Shown piece after piece: positions 1 to 14,705 of a stretch of 64,000 bases of DNA. The notes beneath the pieces were generated by a model. That model searched no databases, had not been told where the DNA came from, and saw nothing but the letters and a program-made list of their open reading frames with translations. The translations under genes were made by a program, and so were the position numbers. The first letter of the stretch is position 1. Each line of letters opens with the position of its first letter. This DNA comes from the human T2T-CHM13v2.0 reference genome, Homo sapiens: NCBI RefSeq assembly GCF_009914755.1, contig NC_060946.1, one strand, 5' to 3'.

Positions 1-282
1 TGAGGATTTATAGAATTCTTCACATCCAGATTTCTTTGCAAATGATAATAGTGGAAACCAATGAGCTTGCCATCCGACTTCGGTTCATATCCTGGACCAG
101 CCATTCCTGCTTAAGCAAGGTGCTTAAACTGTGCCTCAGTTTGCTTATCTGTAAAAATTACACCATAGCGATGGCAATGCCTAATATACGGACCTGTTTT
201 CAGGGCCACGCACACCAAGGCAGGCAGCAGGTGCTCAATACATACTTCCGTATAACTCATTCAGCCCCCTTTTCCTGTTTTA

Positions 283-385
283 ATGTGACTCTAAGAAAGC
301 TACTAAGCCCTCTGAGCCTCAGCTTCCTTCCTTAATACTAGGAACCTTAATACCTTCCTCACAGAACTGCTGTGAGGACCAGAGG
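283..385 (+). mobile_element. MIR SINE fragment
   Basis: MIR core-like ctctgagcctcagcttcc...taataccttcctcacag...gtgagga; boundaries approximate. Confidence 0.6.
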
Positions 386-470
386 AAATCAGACAATTGG
401 AAGTAAATTCCAGGTCTATATAAAAGGTATTATTTGGAGACCAGGTATTGTTTCAAGATTCCTTTTTAGC

Positions 471-500
<30 letters not shown>
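471..500 (+). repeat. (AAT)n microsatellite
   Basis: about 10 perfect TAA units directly upstream of the Alu. Confidence 0.95.
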
Positions 501-503
<3 letters not shown>

Positions 504-506
504 GCT

Positions 507-950
<444 letters not shown>

Positions 951-2154
951 AGACAAAACCCAAAACCTATGTAAACACATACATGCTATTACAAATTGTG
1001 ATGAGTGCTGTGAAGGAAACGAGACTCTAAGTAGTAAAAACCAGACACTGGTACCAGCATGGGAGAGAGAGATGTATTTCTGATCCTTGAAAGTATAGTA
1101 TTGGAGAGATCTATTTTAAAGAGGTGATCTAGGAATTCATTTCTGCTAGGTGGACATATAAACTGGATACCACAGCCACCCACAGCCCCAGAATCACCTC
1201 CCACCCATCTCCCATCTCCAGTCTTCTGCTGTAGGTCTTAGCAAGGGAGAGGATGAAGAGTTCTTTGTCCCTGGGTTATCAGGGAGGCTGCATGAATGCC
1301 AGTTTGCTGAAGCCTGGAGATTATCTGGGGGAAGCTACCTATTTCTGGGGTAGGCTAGGTGAATGAGTGAATTGTAAAAACCTAGAGAAGTGAATTTAAG
1401 GGAAAAAGAGAGGAGAAGCTTAGAGAATATGAGAATCAGGACCATAAAGAGAAGCTTGGGAGAAGAAGAAACCAGGAAATGCCCAAGAATTCTGATAGTC
1501 TGGAATCTATTTCTGGACCCTATAAAATTAAAAAGATGGGCCCTGCTTCCTCTGGAGGCAACATGGTAGAATAGAAAGAATCTGAATCAGGGTCAGCTTG
1601 CCTGGGTTCTAGTCTCGCTCTCACTTTTATGACCAGGGGCCCAACACTCTGACCCTTCTTCATCTGCACTTCCTCCATTTGCGTATGAGAATAATCAATG
1701 TTTGCTCTGCCCCCCTCCCAGGACTTATCCATTCACTCCATTCCTCAACTATACATTGGGATTAATTGGATACCTGGCACTGCCGTAGGCACTGGGCTGT
1801 GGAGATGCATGAGACACATTCTTTGCTGTCACGGAGCTCATGGAGCCCTGGAAGAGACTCACATAGACAGAGACATTGCCAACATGGTAAGGAAAATGGT
1901 GAGGACACCACAGGAACAGAGAAAGGAGCCTTTGTCAGTTGACACAGTAACAGGGGCCCAGGATATTGTCTCCTGCAGGAGTCAACCCTTCAGTAGAGTC
2001 TTAAAAATCAGTAGAGTTTGGCAGTAAGTGGAGATTAGGAATTAAGGAACTCCAATAAGAGAACACTTGCATAAGCACTTTGTAGCTGAGTGACTGTCCA
2101 CGTGTGGGGAAGGAGCATTTTCACTCCAGAGTCTGGTAAGACCTGAGCAAACCC

Positions 2155-2520
2155 AACTGGTCCACACCTCCACATGCTGTATATGCTATTCCTTTGGAAT
2201 AGAATGCCCTCCTCTATTTTGTCTGCTTGGAAAATACCCACTCATCCTTCCAGTTGGCTTCAATATCCCCTTCTTCGCAAAGAAAGCCTTCTTTGAACAT
2301 GGCAGTGAGCTGGCCTGTCCCTTGCTGGGCTTCACTGTATCACATACATTCCTCTCTCATGGCCCTCAGTCCTTCAACAGTGCACATTTGTTTCACAACT
2401 TGGTTTTCCACCAAGCTGTGAGCTCATCAAGAGCACAGATGATGGTACCTTCTTTCTTGCAATGTTATCACAGCCTATACTATGACAATCAGACAGTGGA
2501 CACTCAATAAGCATTGGTCC
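2155..2520 (+). mobile_element. L2 LINE 3' fragment
   Basis: gctattcctttggaatagaatgccc...gaaagccttctttga...cactcaataa. Confidence 0.55.
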
Positions 2521-3130
2521 AACTGGATCGAGTCTTGTTCTAGGGTAGACAAGATCCTGGGACCCTGTTACTGGCCTACTTGTGTGTCATTTATCCTCTG
2601 AAAGTCTTCACCTTGTAATACTTACGTCTTCTACGCAATAAACTGAGAGCAAGGGCCTGGTGAATCACTGCTAAGAAACAGAAATTGGAGAACTGTGGAG
2701 TAAAGGCTTCAGTCACCAAATTGTAGCCTAGAGAATAAAATGTCCTTCTCTTTTACATATTATAGAAGAAGAAAACAGTCAAGGGTCCTAATTCTGTTCC
2801 TACTACTGATTCTGTGACTTTGCACAGGCTGCTCTGATAAATGCTGTGGGTTGGCTAACCCAACAACTACAACCTTCCTCTCTTTTGTCTCTTTCTATTG
2901 CAGAGGGTGGAAATCCAGATATTCAATCTTGCCAGGCTCCCTTGTAGCTAGTGCTAGTGACACGTGACCCAATTCTGGTCAATGAGGCCAACACAGAAAT
3001 CTGCTAAGGACTTCTGGCAAAGTGTCTTAAAGGAGGAGGCCTGAGAGGAGAAGAGCCACCAGGCACGACCCCGTCATCCTGACCTGACATTGACATGATG
3101 CCTCCACCTGTGGCAGTCAAGTTGGGACAG

Positions 3131-3959
3131 CAAGATGGTTCATCTTATGTGTCAACTTGACTGGGCTACAGGTGTTTAAACATCTGATTAAACGTTATTC
3201 TGGGTATGACTGTAAGGGTGTTTCTGGATGAGATTTGCATTTGGATCTATAGACTGAGTAACACAGGTTGCCTGAGCCATTGTGGGTGGGCTTCATCAGA
3301 TCTGCTGGAGGCCTGCATAGAATAAAAAGCTGAGTAAGGGAGAATTCGCTCTCCCTGCCTGCCTGTTGAAGTAGGAGTTGTGAGTAGGAGGATAATGCCA
3401 ATATTTCAGGTTTCTAGAAATGTAAATGATCCATAGTATAAACCTCCACCAACATGTAAGAAGAGGCAGATGAAAAATATTGAAGCATCGTTAGCATGAA
3501 AATAGCGGACCATTCAGCCGTAGTTTACATCTCAGCTGATATGAGTGACTGAAGAGAAGGCAGTTGAAGTGTCTGATGTGTAGTGCATGGCTAAGAATAA
3601 TCCTGTAATGATCTGAAGGATTAGGCAGGCACCAAGGAGTGAGCCGAAGTTTCATCATATGGAAATGTAAGATAGTGTGGGAAATCAGTGAATGAGTAAT
3701 TAATAATTTTTATTAGCAGGTGTGTTGAAAACTAGGACATCAGTCTCCTCCTGACTCTGGACTTAGACTGGGACTCACACCATTGGCTCTCCTGGGTCAC
3801 CAGCTTGCCAACAGCAGATCCTGGAATTCTCAGATTCCATAATCCAGTGAGCCAATTCCTTATAGTAAATCTGTAGCTATACTTGCATGTACATCTATCT
3901 ATCTATTTATCTATCATCTACTATTGGTTCTGTTTCTCTGGAGAACTCAGACTAATACA
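3131..3959 (+). mobile_element. MLT2 (ERVL) solo LTR, interrupted by a NUMT
   Basis: gatggttcatcttatgtgtcaacttgactgggc start, ggttctgtttctctggagaactcagactaataca end, 5-bp TSD GACAG at 3126-3130 and 3960-3964. Confidence 0.9.
3376..3726 (-). pseudogene. MT-CYB: NUMT: nuclear copy of mitochondrial cytochrome b, about codons 7-123
   Basis: In the vertebrate mitochondrial code the reverse strand reads [119 protein letters not shown] sits at conserved Trp positions, heme ligands H83 and H97 are kept, and there is a 1-bp frameshift near codon 22. Confidence 0.97.
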
Positions 3960-4299
3960 GACAGTATAGTATTGAGCATGATAACAAAATGCCAATAATC
4001 TAAGAATGACAGGAAAGAATGGCAAAGAGTGACCTGATCCTTGACAGCAAACCTCTCATTGCACCAAATCTGGAAACACCTAGACTCTTGCTATGTGAGA
4101 AAAAGAAATGTCTTTATTGCCTATGCCTCTACATGTCAGGTTTTCTGTTACTTGCAGCTAAAAGCATTCCTGACGCATGCAATTATCTCCCATCTCTAAG
4201 CCTTATTTCTCGGGTTACACAATGGCCTTAAATGAAACCGACAAACATTTCCAAGTGTCTCTTAGATGCACGGCTCTGAGTGAGGGGTTCAAAGGGAGC

Positions 4300-4525
4300 C
4301 AGCAGAGTAGAGCTTAAGAGTAGGAACTCTGGGGCTAGGCTGCTCGGCTTAGAAGCCCAGGTTCACCAACCCAGCCTGTTATTTAACCTCTCTGTGTATA
4401 AGAAGGGTCATACTAGTACTATTAATATTAATAGGGTTGTTGGGAAGATTGAATTAGTTAATCCACGTAAGGCCCTTAGAATAGTGCTCAGCACATAGAA
4501 AAATGCTCAATAAATGCTAATTATA
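4300..4525 (+). mobile_element. MIR SINE
   Basis: ttatttaacctctctgtgt...agggttgttgggaagattgaattag...cttagaatagtgctcagcacatag. Confidence 0.75.
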
Positions 4526-4686
4526 GCTAAGAACTAGACATAGGTCAAGCCTTCTGGGAGTTTAGAGTCTAGCTTTCAAGTCAAGAAATATACACACACA
4601 TATAAATATGATATTGAAACTATAAAGATATACATGTATAATTGAAAACAGAATCATTTAACTTCTTAAATTCTAAAGTAAACTTA

Positions 4687-4985
<299 letters not shown>

Positions 4986-6059
4986 TTAGCAGCTCATTAT
5001 CATAAGACATAAAGGCTAAAAACTTAACTGCCTCCAGAGAAGACTTAGATAAATAGGCAGATGATAAAACTATAATAATATGTTAGTCAAAGAAAGTAGG
5101 CATTTTGAGGCTAGCCTCAGAATTTGAAATTAATTAGAACCAAATAAAATAGGAAAAGATAACATTTCATAGTGTTTTATAGCTTTTAAAGCATTTTCAT
5201 GAAATCTAACAACTTTGTGAAGAAAGGGTAAACGTGAAATTTTTTCCATATGTGATCTCATTTTGGCTGTCACCTTGTTCGAAGATGTGTGTAATTCTCC
5301 TTTTACAGTTGAAAGGCCATGGGCTTATGGTGAGGCTTACCTGAGATGATACAAGTGAACACAGTCTCTAACTTTTCTTAAACAACTCCAAAAAATGCAA
5401 GACATTCACCAAGTGGTGGCTTAGAAGTCACGTATTCCCCAGTGATGTTTGGTAACCTATGCCCCTGTCCCCACCCTGGTCTCCAGAAAAGGACTTTAAC
5501 CTACGTCTCTCTCTCTGAGGCCTTGAGCTGCAGGAACTCTTACATAGAGGACTCTTTCTGGCTCCCTTTGAGTCTCTAAAGTTACCGTCCCCTGGGGCCA
5601 AGTAGGTTGTGAAGGACCTGCTCCTGACTCCACCCCAGCCACCTGCCCTACCGCTGAGCACCTGAGGCCTCTCTAGAATGTGAGTACCTGGACCCGGCGC
5701 CCATGGGTGTAAGATAAGAGTGCCGGCAGACCTGTTGTTTTCTTCTAGGAAGTCTCAGATTCTGGAAGCATGACTCTCTCTCTAATCTCCTGAGAGCTAA
5801 GGCCCACACTTAGGGAGCCCCACACATCCAAGGAGGTGCTTTAAGAGCTGGGCTGCTCTCTTGGATGCTGCGTGCAGCTCATCCCTGCCTGGGAACTGGG
5901 TCCTTGCCTTCCTGAAGCAGATTCTCAGTCATGACAATCACTGTTACACACAGAGGGGGTTCCCAGGATGCCCAATGGGCAGGCACTGTAAATCTGCTTC
6001 CCCGCCGGCCTCCCATCCTGCAGAGAAGGCAGCCGTGGAGTCAGACCTGGATTCAGAGG

Positions 6060-6290
6060 GTTAAGAACACAGGGTCTATAGCTAGATGATCTAGGTTCAG
6101 ATCCTGACTCAGCCACTTCTTAGCTTTATCACCTCAGGCAAGTTACTTTCATGGTCTGTGACTCAGATTCCTTGTGGAAAATGAAGATCATAATAGCGCT
6201 TACCTCACAGAGTTGTTAAGAGGATTTAAGTGAGTTAAAGAAAAAAATGCCTGGCATGTAGTGAGCGCATGATGAATTTTAGCTATTTTA
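6060..6290 (+). mobile_element. MIR SINE
   Basis: ggttcagatcctgactcagccact...ggcaagttactt...gcctggcatgtagtgagcgc. Confidence 0.75.
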
Positions 6291-6319
6291 TTTGTTTTGT
6301 GATTTTTGAGCAAGTCTTT

Positions 6320-6851
<532 letters not shown>

Positions 6852-7324
6852 TAAGCAAGTCTTTAACGTATCTGAACCCCAGTTTCCTTGTCTATGTAAG
6901 GGGGATGATTACATGTGCCCAGAGTTCACTCTCCTTTCTCCCGTTGGTAATCACATCACACTTGTAGCTACTCATCTGTTGTCCACCTATCTGCATACAT
7001 CTGCAGCAAGGCACTGTGCCCATTTACTTCCAGCTCCCAAGGCTTAGTAGAGGGCTTGACACATAGGTGCTCCTAAATATTCATCAAATGAAGAAATGGC
7101 ACTGTTGTCAGGATTGAATGAAACAAAGATAGCCAGTCTGATAGAAAAAACAGTGGAATCCCTATATACATATATGCATGTGTGTGCATGTCTTGGGGAG
7201 GGAGGAATTTGGACCATTGAGAAATGGGCTGGTGTCCTAACTTAGTCCTTATGACCTGTGTGACTGTAGGCAAGTAGCTGACCTCTCTGAGTTTCCATGT
7301 CCTCAGCTATAAAATGAGATGGTG

Positions 7325-7700
<376 letters not shown>

Positions 7701-8634
7701 TTATGGTCGGCATCAAGTACTGTGCCTGAATCCTAGCGGGTGGTTCACAAACGGCAGCTCCCTTCCCCACTTTTCTGATGCCTATGGACTGAGCCAGTGC
7801 ACAATGAAAATGGCAATAATGAACACATATTGAGCACTTACTATACACAGGGCACTGTGCTAAGAACTTAGCTTATATTATCTACAGTGCAGTGGTTTTG
7901 AAATGGGGTTTAGGAGAAGAAATCCTTTTGTAAGCAGGAGTGGGACTGGGGAACGGAGGCGTTAATCAAGTGAGACTTTCATACAACTGAGAAAAGGTTA
8001 ACTTCCCCCTAAAGAAGGAGCGTGTGTGCAGGGAATGAGGGGTTGGTCCATGATGGAGGTTATGGGCCCACCAGTGGCCTCTATATGGCTTTATCTAGAG
8101 CATTTCTGAATTCATCCACTTAAAATTTAATTAGGAAAAAGGGTTATTCTGCTTAAAATTAAATTAGCTTGGAAACACCACATATAATAAGGCCTGGAGT
8201 TAAAATGCTGGGTTCTTGTCCTGGCCCTGAAACTCACTAGCCAGAAACCCTGAACAAGTCAATTTCCCTCTTTTGAGCCTTCGTTCTTTTACAGTTAAAA
8301 CAAGGAAGTCAGATGGTATACTTCTGAGGCCTTTATTAGCTAAAATATTCTGAGAGAGTGTGACCTTCTAGTACTGTCTCCCATGGAACTGTCCTGGTGA
8401 AACCCAGAGATCAGCTCATGAAGATGGACTTGAGGCAAGAGAGAGCTGAAATGAAATTGGGCTTGAGTTGCCACTCAGCCCAGCACCATCTTTTCAGATC
8501 CTTGTTCTGAAGCAGCAGATCCTCTTCATCTTTTCAGCCCTGAAGGAATCCCTTACATCCGGGTCACTGCAAAGTTCCGGGCAAATTTCCTGACAAACTT
8601 CTGTTCATTTTTTAAAACCCATTGTAAATGTTAT

Positions 8635-8745
8635 GGTCATTTGTTCATTCAATAAACATTTATTGAATAAATACTCTGTGCCAGGTGTTCTTCTAAGGGA
8701 TTTGGCAGTGAACAACAAAAACAACAAAAATCCATGCCTTCTATA
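8635..8745 (-). mobile_element. L2 LINE 3' fragment
   Basis: cattcaataaacatttattgaata...tgtgccaggtgttcttctaag. Confidence 0.65.
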
Positions 8746-9789
8746 TTTTAAGAGACATCCTTTTTTGACCAACTAGCCTTTTGCATAGACTTTGATAGTT
8801 TTACTGTTCTAAGTGACATGTCGGCTTCCCTATTAGACTGTAAGCTCTATGAGGCCAAGAACTGTATATACTCCTCACTTCATCCCCAGTTTCCCAATGG
8901 AATACCTGGCAGACTGCCTGTATTTTTCTCTTCCTGAGGATTTAAAGACCTGGACATGTATACTATGGTCATTATCTCACCATCCTAGCCAGGAAATTGA
9001 CATTTATTTAGCATTTTTTTCTGGGAAGACTTACTGCCTAGTACTTTCCTACTTATATTCTAAGATGGCACATTTAATTATTTGATCAATATCTGCCCCT
9101 TGTCCATTAGACTATCAGCTACATGACGGCAGCGGAAATATTTGGTTTACTGATGCAGCAACAGCATCCAATAGATGTATCTAGCATACAGGTAGCACTC
9201 ATAAATGTTTGCTGAATGAGTGTTAGGATATGGAGAGGAAAATGTGGTGATGCAAAATTATGCAATTTGCAGTCTTTAATGCTGATCAGTCTAGCTGGGT
9301 ACTGGGAGCACACAGATGGTGTATGCTTAAAAGCTTATGAATAGGAGTTGGCATTTTAATACAGTAACAAGTACTTGAACATTGACTAATACACAGTTGC
9401 GTGTGACAAAGTGCCACATTTCTGGTATAGATAAGTGCTGGAAAACAGGCTTTGGAGCCAGTGAGATCTGAGTTCAAATCTTAATTGTGCTTCTTAGAGG
9501 CTGGGTTGTTGGGTGATACTTAATCCACCTGAACATCAGTTTCCTCACTGGGACATGAGCACTGAATTAGCAAGTATATAGTACAGTGTCTGGCTTTTAG
9601 TTGATGCTACATAAATGTTAGTGCTTCTTACTTCTTGCCACTAAAGAGAATCTTGTCCCTCCTTTCAGGCCCAAGTCCAATTCCTTATCTTGGTGAACCC
9701 TTCCCTCACTGCACAGCTCACAGTCATCCTGCTTGTCTTGGAGCTCCTCTCATAATGATCAGCCAAGCATCCTGCTTCACATATTTAGC

Positions 9790-10010
9790 TTTCTATTTAT
9801 CAAATACTTTCAATGTGCCTAATATGCACCATAGCCTCGTGTAGATGTTTTACAGGTTTTAGTTTCTTAATCCCCAGGACAACACTCCGAAGTCGGTTCC
9901 CATTTTACAGATGAGGAAAATGGCACCAGTGAGATGTCACTAACTTGCCCGAGGGCACACAACTGGGAAGCAGTCCTGCCAGTATTTAAATCCAGGCAGT
10001 CTAGCTGCAG
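9790..10010 (-). mobile_element. MIR SINE
   Basis: cccattttacagatgaggaaaa...taacttgcccgagggcacac. Confidence 0.75.
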
Positions 10011-12339
10011 ATGCTGCATTTGGAAACCCAAGGGCCACATGGCCTTTCTGCCTTACGATGTCAACCAATCATGGTTTGAGCTGGGCCAGCCTTGCTGGCT
10101 GGAGCTGAAGCTACTGAAGGGGAGGACAGCCCAGCTCCTGCCTCCCAGCATCTCTGTTCTTCTGAGGAGAGCAGAGCCCCTCTTGGAAAGGGCCCATTCC
10201 AAGGTCTCAAAGATTTCTCTATGAGATCTGGGAGGCTGCACAGCTTTGTTGGGCACATGAGAATGGAACCAGAAGACCCCCAACTCTACACCCAATTCCT
10301 CACCATGGAAAGGAAGTGGAGGCACCTTCCAGGCAGCCCCCTAGGTGGCGGCTGTTCCCAACACACATTTATTTAGCATGAGCCTAGGGCTTGGTTCTGG
10401 GGATAAATTCTTAAGCAAGACAATATGAAACAACTGAAATAATTTGAAACAATATGATGAGCTTAAAATCCATGCAGTCCCCAAATTCCAGGCTGGTCTG
10501 GGTCAAGGGAGAATGTAGTCAGTGAGGGTTTCTAAGCACAAGTGAGCAGTAACAAGGAATCAGGAAGATGGGTGTGAGTTGGCCATGCCAAAGATATTTT
10601 CTGGAGCTGGGATGGCAACATGGGTATTCCAGGCAAGACTGGCCAATACCTCCAAGGTCTGAAGATAGAGGAAGCCATTTGAAATACCTTCTCCATTCAA
10701 TCTCTGCAATCTTGTGAAAAATTCATTGGTTTTTTATTAGCCTATTTTTCAGATGGGAAAATTGAGGCCCAGGTTGTACCTTGCTTATGATCACCTTGCT
10801 AATAAATGGTAGAGCTGTTCACTCCAAAGCATTCACACCAGCTTCTGAGAATAGAGGCTTTTATAAAACAAGCAAATGCAAGGAGGATGGGACTCGTGGG
10901 CAGGTTCATGGGCCTAGGTTCTAACTGAAGATGTGGTACCGTCACTGACCATGGGAAAATTACTGGAACTTTCTGAGCTCCATTTTCCACATCTGTTGGC
11001 AAATAGAGAAGATCTGAATATGTCTCAAGTCAGAGTTTGCAAAACAGTATGCTGCATTAAGCATAACCCCTGGAGACAAAAAAAAAAAAAAAAGTTGGTG
11101 GTCCTGGATGTATTTTACTGAGGAGGACACTGAGGTTTAGAGCAGTTAATAACTTTCCCAGTTTACATGGCTAAAATGTGACAGTGCCAGAATTTAAACT
11201 ACGGTGGTTTGGATTCAGAATCACAGTCTTAAAAAACACACTCTCTACTGTTTTTCGAGTACAGAGAAATGATAATTGATGCTCAGCCCCTATGTCTGGG
11301 ATACATTAGGGAGTGGTGGGGACTCTGGTGAGCTATAGAGTCCATGCTCTGACTAAAGGTACACTCCTGTGACTGACCTTGAGTAAGACCAGTGAATGTT
11401 TGGTGCCCCAATTTTCTCTACCCTAAAATTGCTATAATTATCTCTTCATCTCATAGGGTTGTTTTGAAGACTAAATTAATTAACATGCCTGGCACATAGT
11501 AAACATTATGTAAGTGCAAGCTGTTATGACCTGTGAGGTGATCTTTGTTTTACACATTCGTTTTTTTAAAAAATACCCATCTAACAAGTTCTATGTCTTA
11601 AACATTCAAAACACCTACTTATATATAGTACAGGGAACTGCGCACACCACTGACGATCAAGTTTTGACAACTGTTCTGGGGCCTTTTCCTCCTCCTTCTG
11701 AGCAACACTAGAGCTTGTGGGTAGGGGGAGGGGGCTTGGGAAAAGAACTGAGCTCTCCAGGCCACAAGCCATGCGCTTCGCACATCAGCAGCAGCCTCCA
11801 TAGCTGGCTGCTGTAGCCCCTCACAGAGCTCATGGTTACCATCGGCCTCCAGGCTGTAAAGAATGTGAGGTGCAATGGGCAGCCTTCCAGGTACCCAAGA
11901 AGGGAGGCTTCATCCTTTCAGGATGTCTCAGGCTTCAGATAAAACCCTTCCTGTGTTCCAGCTCATAGCTGGCAGGGGCAATCGGCAATGACTGACGACA
12001 ATGGGTGACTTGTCAAAAAGATGTGTGTGTGAACCAAATGCCAGCTAGCTGGAGCAAAGCATGCATTCAGGAGGCTGGTGGGAAGACCATCAACTGCACA
12101 ATGGTTTGTTTTGCACCTACTATGTATTGGGCCCCGGGCCAGGCCCAGTACATAGTAGTACATACATTTCAGGAGGTGGTGAAATTAATAATAATAGTAG
12201 TTCACCTGTATTTACTGCCTCAGAGCACCACAACAGACATTATTTCTCTTAATCCTTGGCACAAGTCTATGATGTAAGCAGGCCTCATTTCCTTGCTTTA
12301 AAGGTGGGTAATAAATGAGACTTGTTTAAAGTTATAAAT

Positions 12340-12773
12340 TATGGCAGAGATATTTGGTCAAGCTTGTTTCCTTTTCCACCTGGGTATCCCCATCTGGACT
12401 ACATTTCCCAGCAGGCCTTGTGGTTGAGTGTGGGCATGTGACAGAGTTCTGGCCAATGGGATGAATGGAATGCTAGTGATACTGCAATATGGCTCTGCGA
12501 GGCCTGGCCCATAAAAATCTTTCCAAGCAGTCTATCCTCTCCTCCTCCCTTGGCTAGCAGATGCAGATAGTCTGCAGAGGGCTCTGAGTACCTAGCGATG
12601 GTGGAGTCACAAGATGGAAGGCGCCTGGTTGGATTCCTGAGGAACTCTGAAGAAGGTCGTCTGCTGAATGCCACACTCTACTCTTGATTGAGTGAGACCT
12701 AGGCTTCTTTTGTGTTAGACCACCAAGTTTTTTGTTTTTTTTTTTCATAACAGATAGCCTGCCCTAATATACA
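12340..12773 (+). mobile_element. MLT1I/J-like MaLR solo LTR
   Basis: tatggcagaga start, ggactacatttcccagc...gcatgtgacagagttctggccaatgg, taatataca end. Confidence 0.8.
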
Positions 12774-14404
12774 CAGTAAAAGCAGAATTGGGGTTTTAGA
12801 GGCATTTTGCTTGTACATGTGACAGTTTTTTCGACCATCTTCCAAACAGGCAGAAAAATCTCCTTATGCATATAGAGTCTTGGGATTTTATAAAGCATTT
12901 GAACAAGTAATGGGACAGTTTCTTCCTTCCACTCCACGCAACACTTGGACTGTGGACTCTTGTCCACTGTGGGAAGCTTTCAGGTGGGGTAAGATGTCTG
13001 GGCTAGCCACAGCTCTGGTATCATTTGCTCAGCCCTTCGCAATTGTCCTGGTAGACAATAAAGTGTCAGTGTTGTAAGGCATTCTTTGCATGCAATGAAT
13101 TAACTTCCCTCCTGTCCATGGATAATGGTACAAATTATATACCGTCCCTCAGAGAACTGTGAAAATAGTCATCATTATGTGCTTTTGTGTTCTGTGGTTC
13201 AGATGAGAACCCCCAATTGCAAGCCCCTTCCCCTCTCTGAGCTTCAGTTTTCTCATCTATAAAACCACAGGGTGGAATTAAGTGAACTAAAGAGTCTCTT
13301 GCGAGCTCGAATTTGCTATACTCTCACAAAAAAGCAATATTTTGTATGAGTCAGACACTGTCCCACATTATTTCACTTAGTCATTGAAATGAAGGAGGAT
13401 ACAAATAAGGTATTTTGGGGAAAATAATAGAGAAACTGGAATTGCCCACCTTCAGTTGTTTCCTCCAAAGTTTCTATTCAATAAACTTTAGGGGAGTGGC
13501 AAAGTGGTACACAGTATTACTCTAACTTGCAACTTCACTGAGCCTGCAATCTAGGTGGGAGGACAAAAACCACACTTAGGGAACCAATAAATGTCCCAGA
13601 GCATAAGGCAAAGAGTCTGCATGGTCAGGAAGACAAAGGGGGACAGAGGGAAAGAGACCTACCTTGGTTGCCACCCTCCACCCTGCCTCAAATTCCTGAC
13701 TGCAGACACAGTTACGCTCTGAGCACTTGCTGTGCGCCAGACACTGGCTGGGTGTTTTGCTTTCACACTGCATTTGATTCTCACAGGCGCATTGCCAGGA
13801 GGGCATGATTCTATCTGGTTAAAGAAGTGGAGCTTAGGAGGCACATGGTCAGTAAGTCACTTATCCAAGGCTCCCACATAGCTGATAAGTACCAGAGCCA
13901 CAGGGTTTGAAGCAGGTCTGTGTGGCTGCAAGAGCCTGTATTCCCTGCACTCTGCCTCTGCCCTCCTATATGGGCAGCTCTGGCCTGAGATTCAAGCTGC
14001 ACTAACTTCCCCGGGTCTTGAAGAAGAGATACTGGCACCCCCTCTAAGGGTTCGTGCCCTTTCATTCATGAATCACAGTCAGGTATCCTGAGGAAACCTC
14101 AGCTTGCAGGGCATCCCATGGCAGAGAGGTCGGACATTCACAGAGAGGTGCAGCAGGTTTGGTATCATTGGCAGAGCCCTGGATATTCTAACTGGGAAAC
14201 TCTGGTACAAAAATTCCAAGGTTTGCACAGCTAGAGGCCCATGGGAAAGACCTAGGAGCAGCTGAAACTAACTGACCCCACCTGGAAGCAGATCCCCTCC
14301 AAGGACACAGAGGGAAGAAAAGCGGCAGGAAGTAGCTGGTCTGGTTGTTCTCAGGAAGGCGCACGACCTGGAAGAGAGAAACGTCTTTCCCTGCAAACAA
14401 CGAT

Positions 14405-14578
14405 CTGGCATTTCTCAGTGTGTGCTCCTGGGACCCTCTGCAACACAGCTCACTTAGCATGTTGAAAAAGGGGATTCTTGGGCCTCAAACACAATGAATC
14501 AAGATCCCCTGGAGTGGGGAACAGGAACCTGCATTTAGCCAAGCTCATCAGATAGTTCTAATGCTCACCAGGATTTAA
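14405..14578. mobile_element. MER5-like hAT-Charlie fragment
   Basis: ttctcagtgtgtgctcctgggacc...gattcttgggcctc...gaacctgcatttag...gttctaatgc. Confidence 0.6.
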
Positions 14579-14705
14579 AAATGGAAAATTCCACTTATTT
14601 GAAATGATTCTACTTAGTTCTTCCTTAGATGCCCTATTCATTCCTGCCATTTTGCCCATCAGTGATGCTTAACCCCAGGGGAAAAATAGTAAATATATTA
14701 ATATC

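Larger units (their letters stand above)
2845..4181 (+). mobile_element. Ancient ERVL/MaLR-class LTR, split by the MLT2 insertion (pieces about 2845-3130 and 3965-4181)
   Basis: ctcccttgtagctag...cacgtgacccaattctggtcaatgag on the left; typical LTR end ttttctgttacttgcagctaaaagcattcctga on the right; subfamily uncertain. Confidence 0.6.

Noticed and set aside
3376-3726. Functional or contaminating mitochondrial CYTB
   Set aside because: It is partial, frameshifted, and joined on both sides to a nuclear MLT2 LTR.
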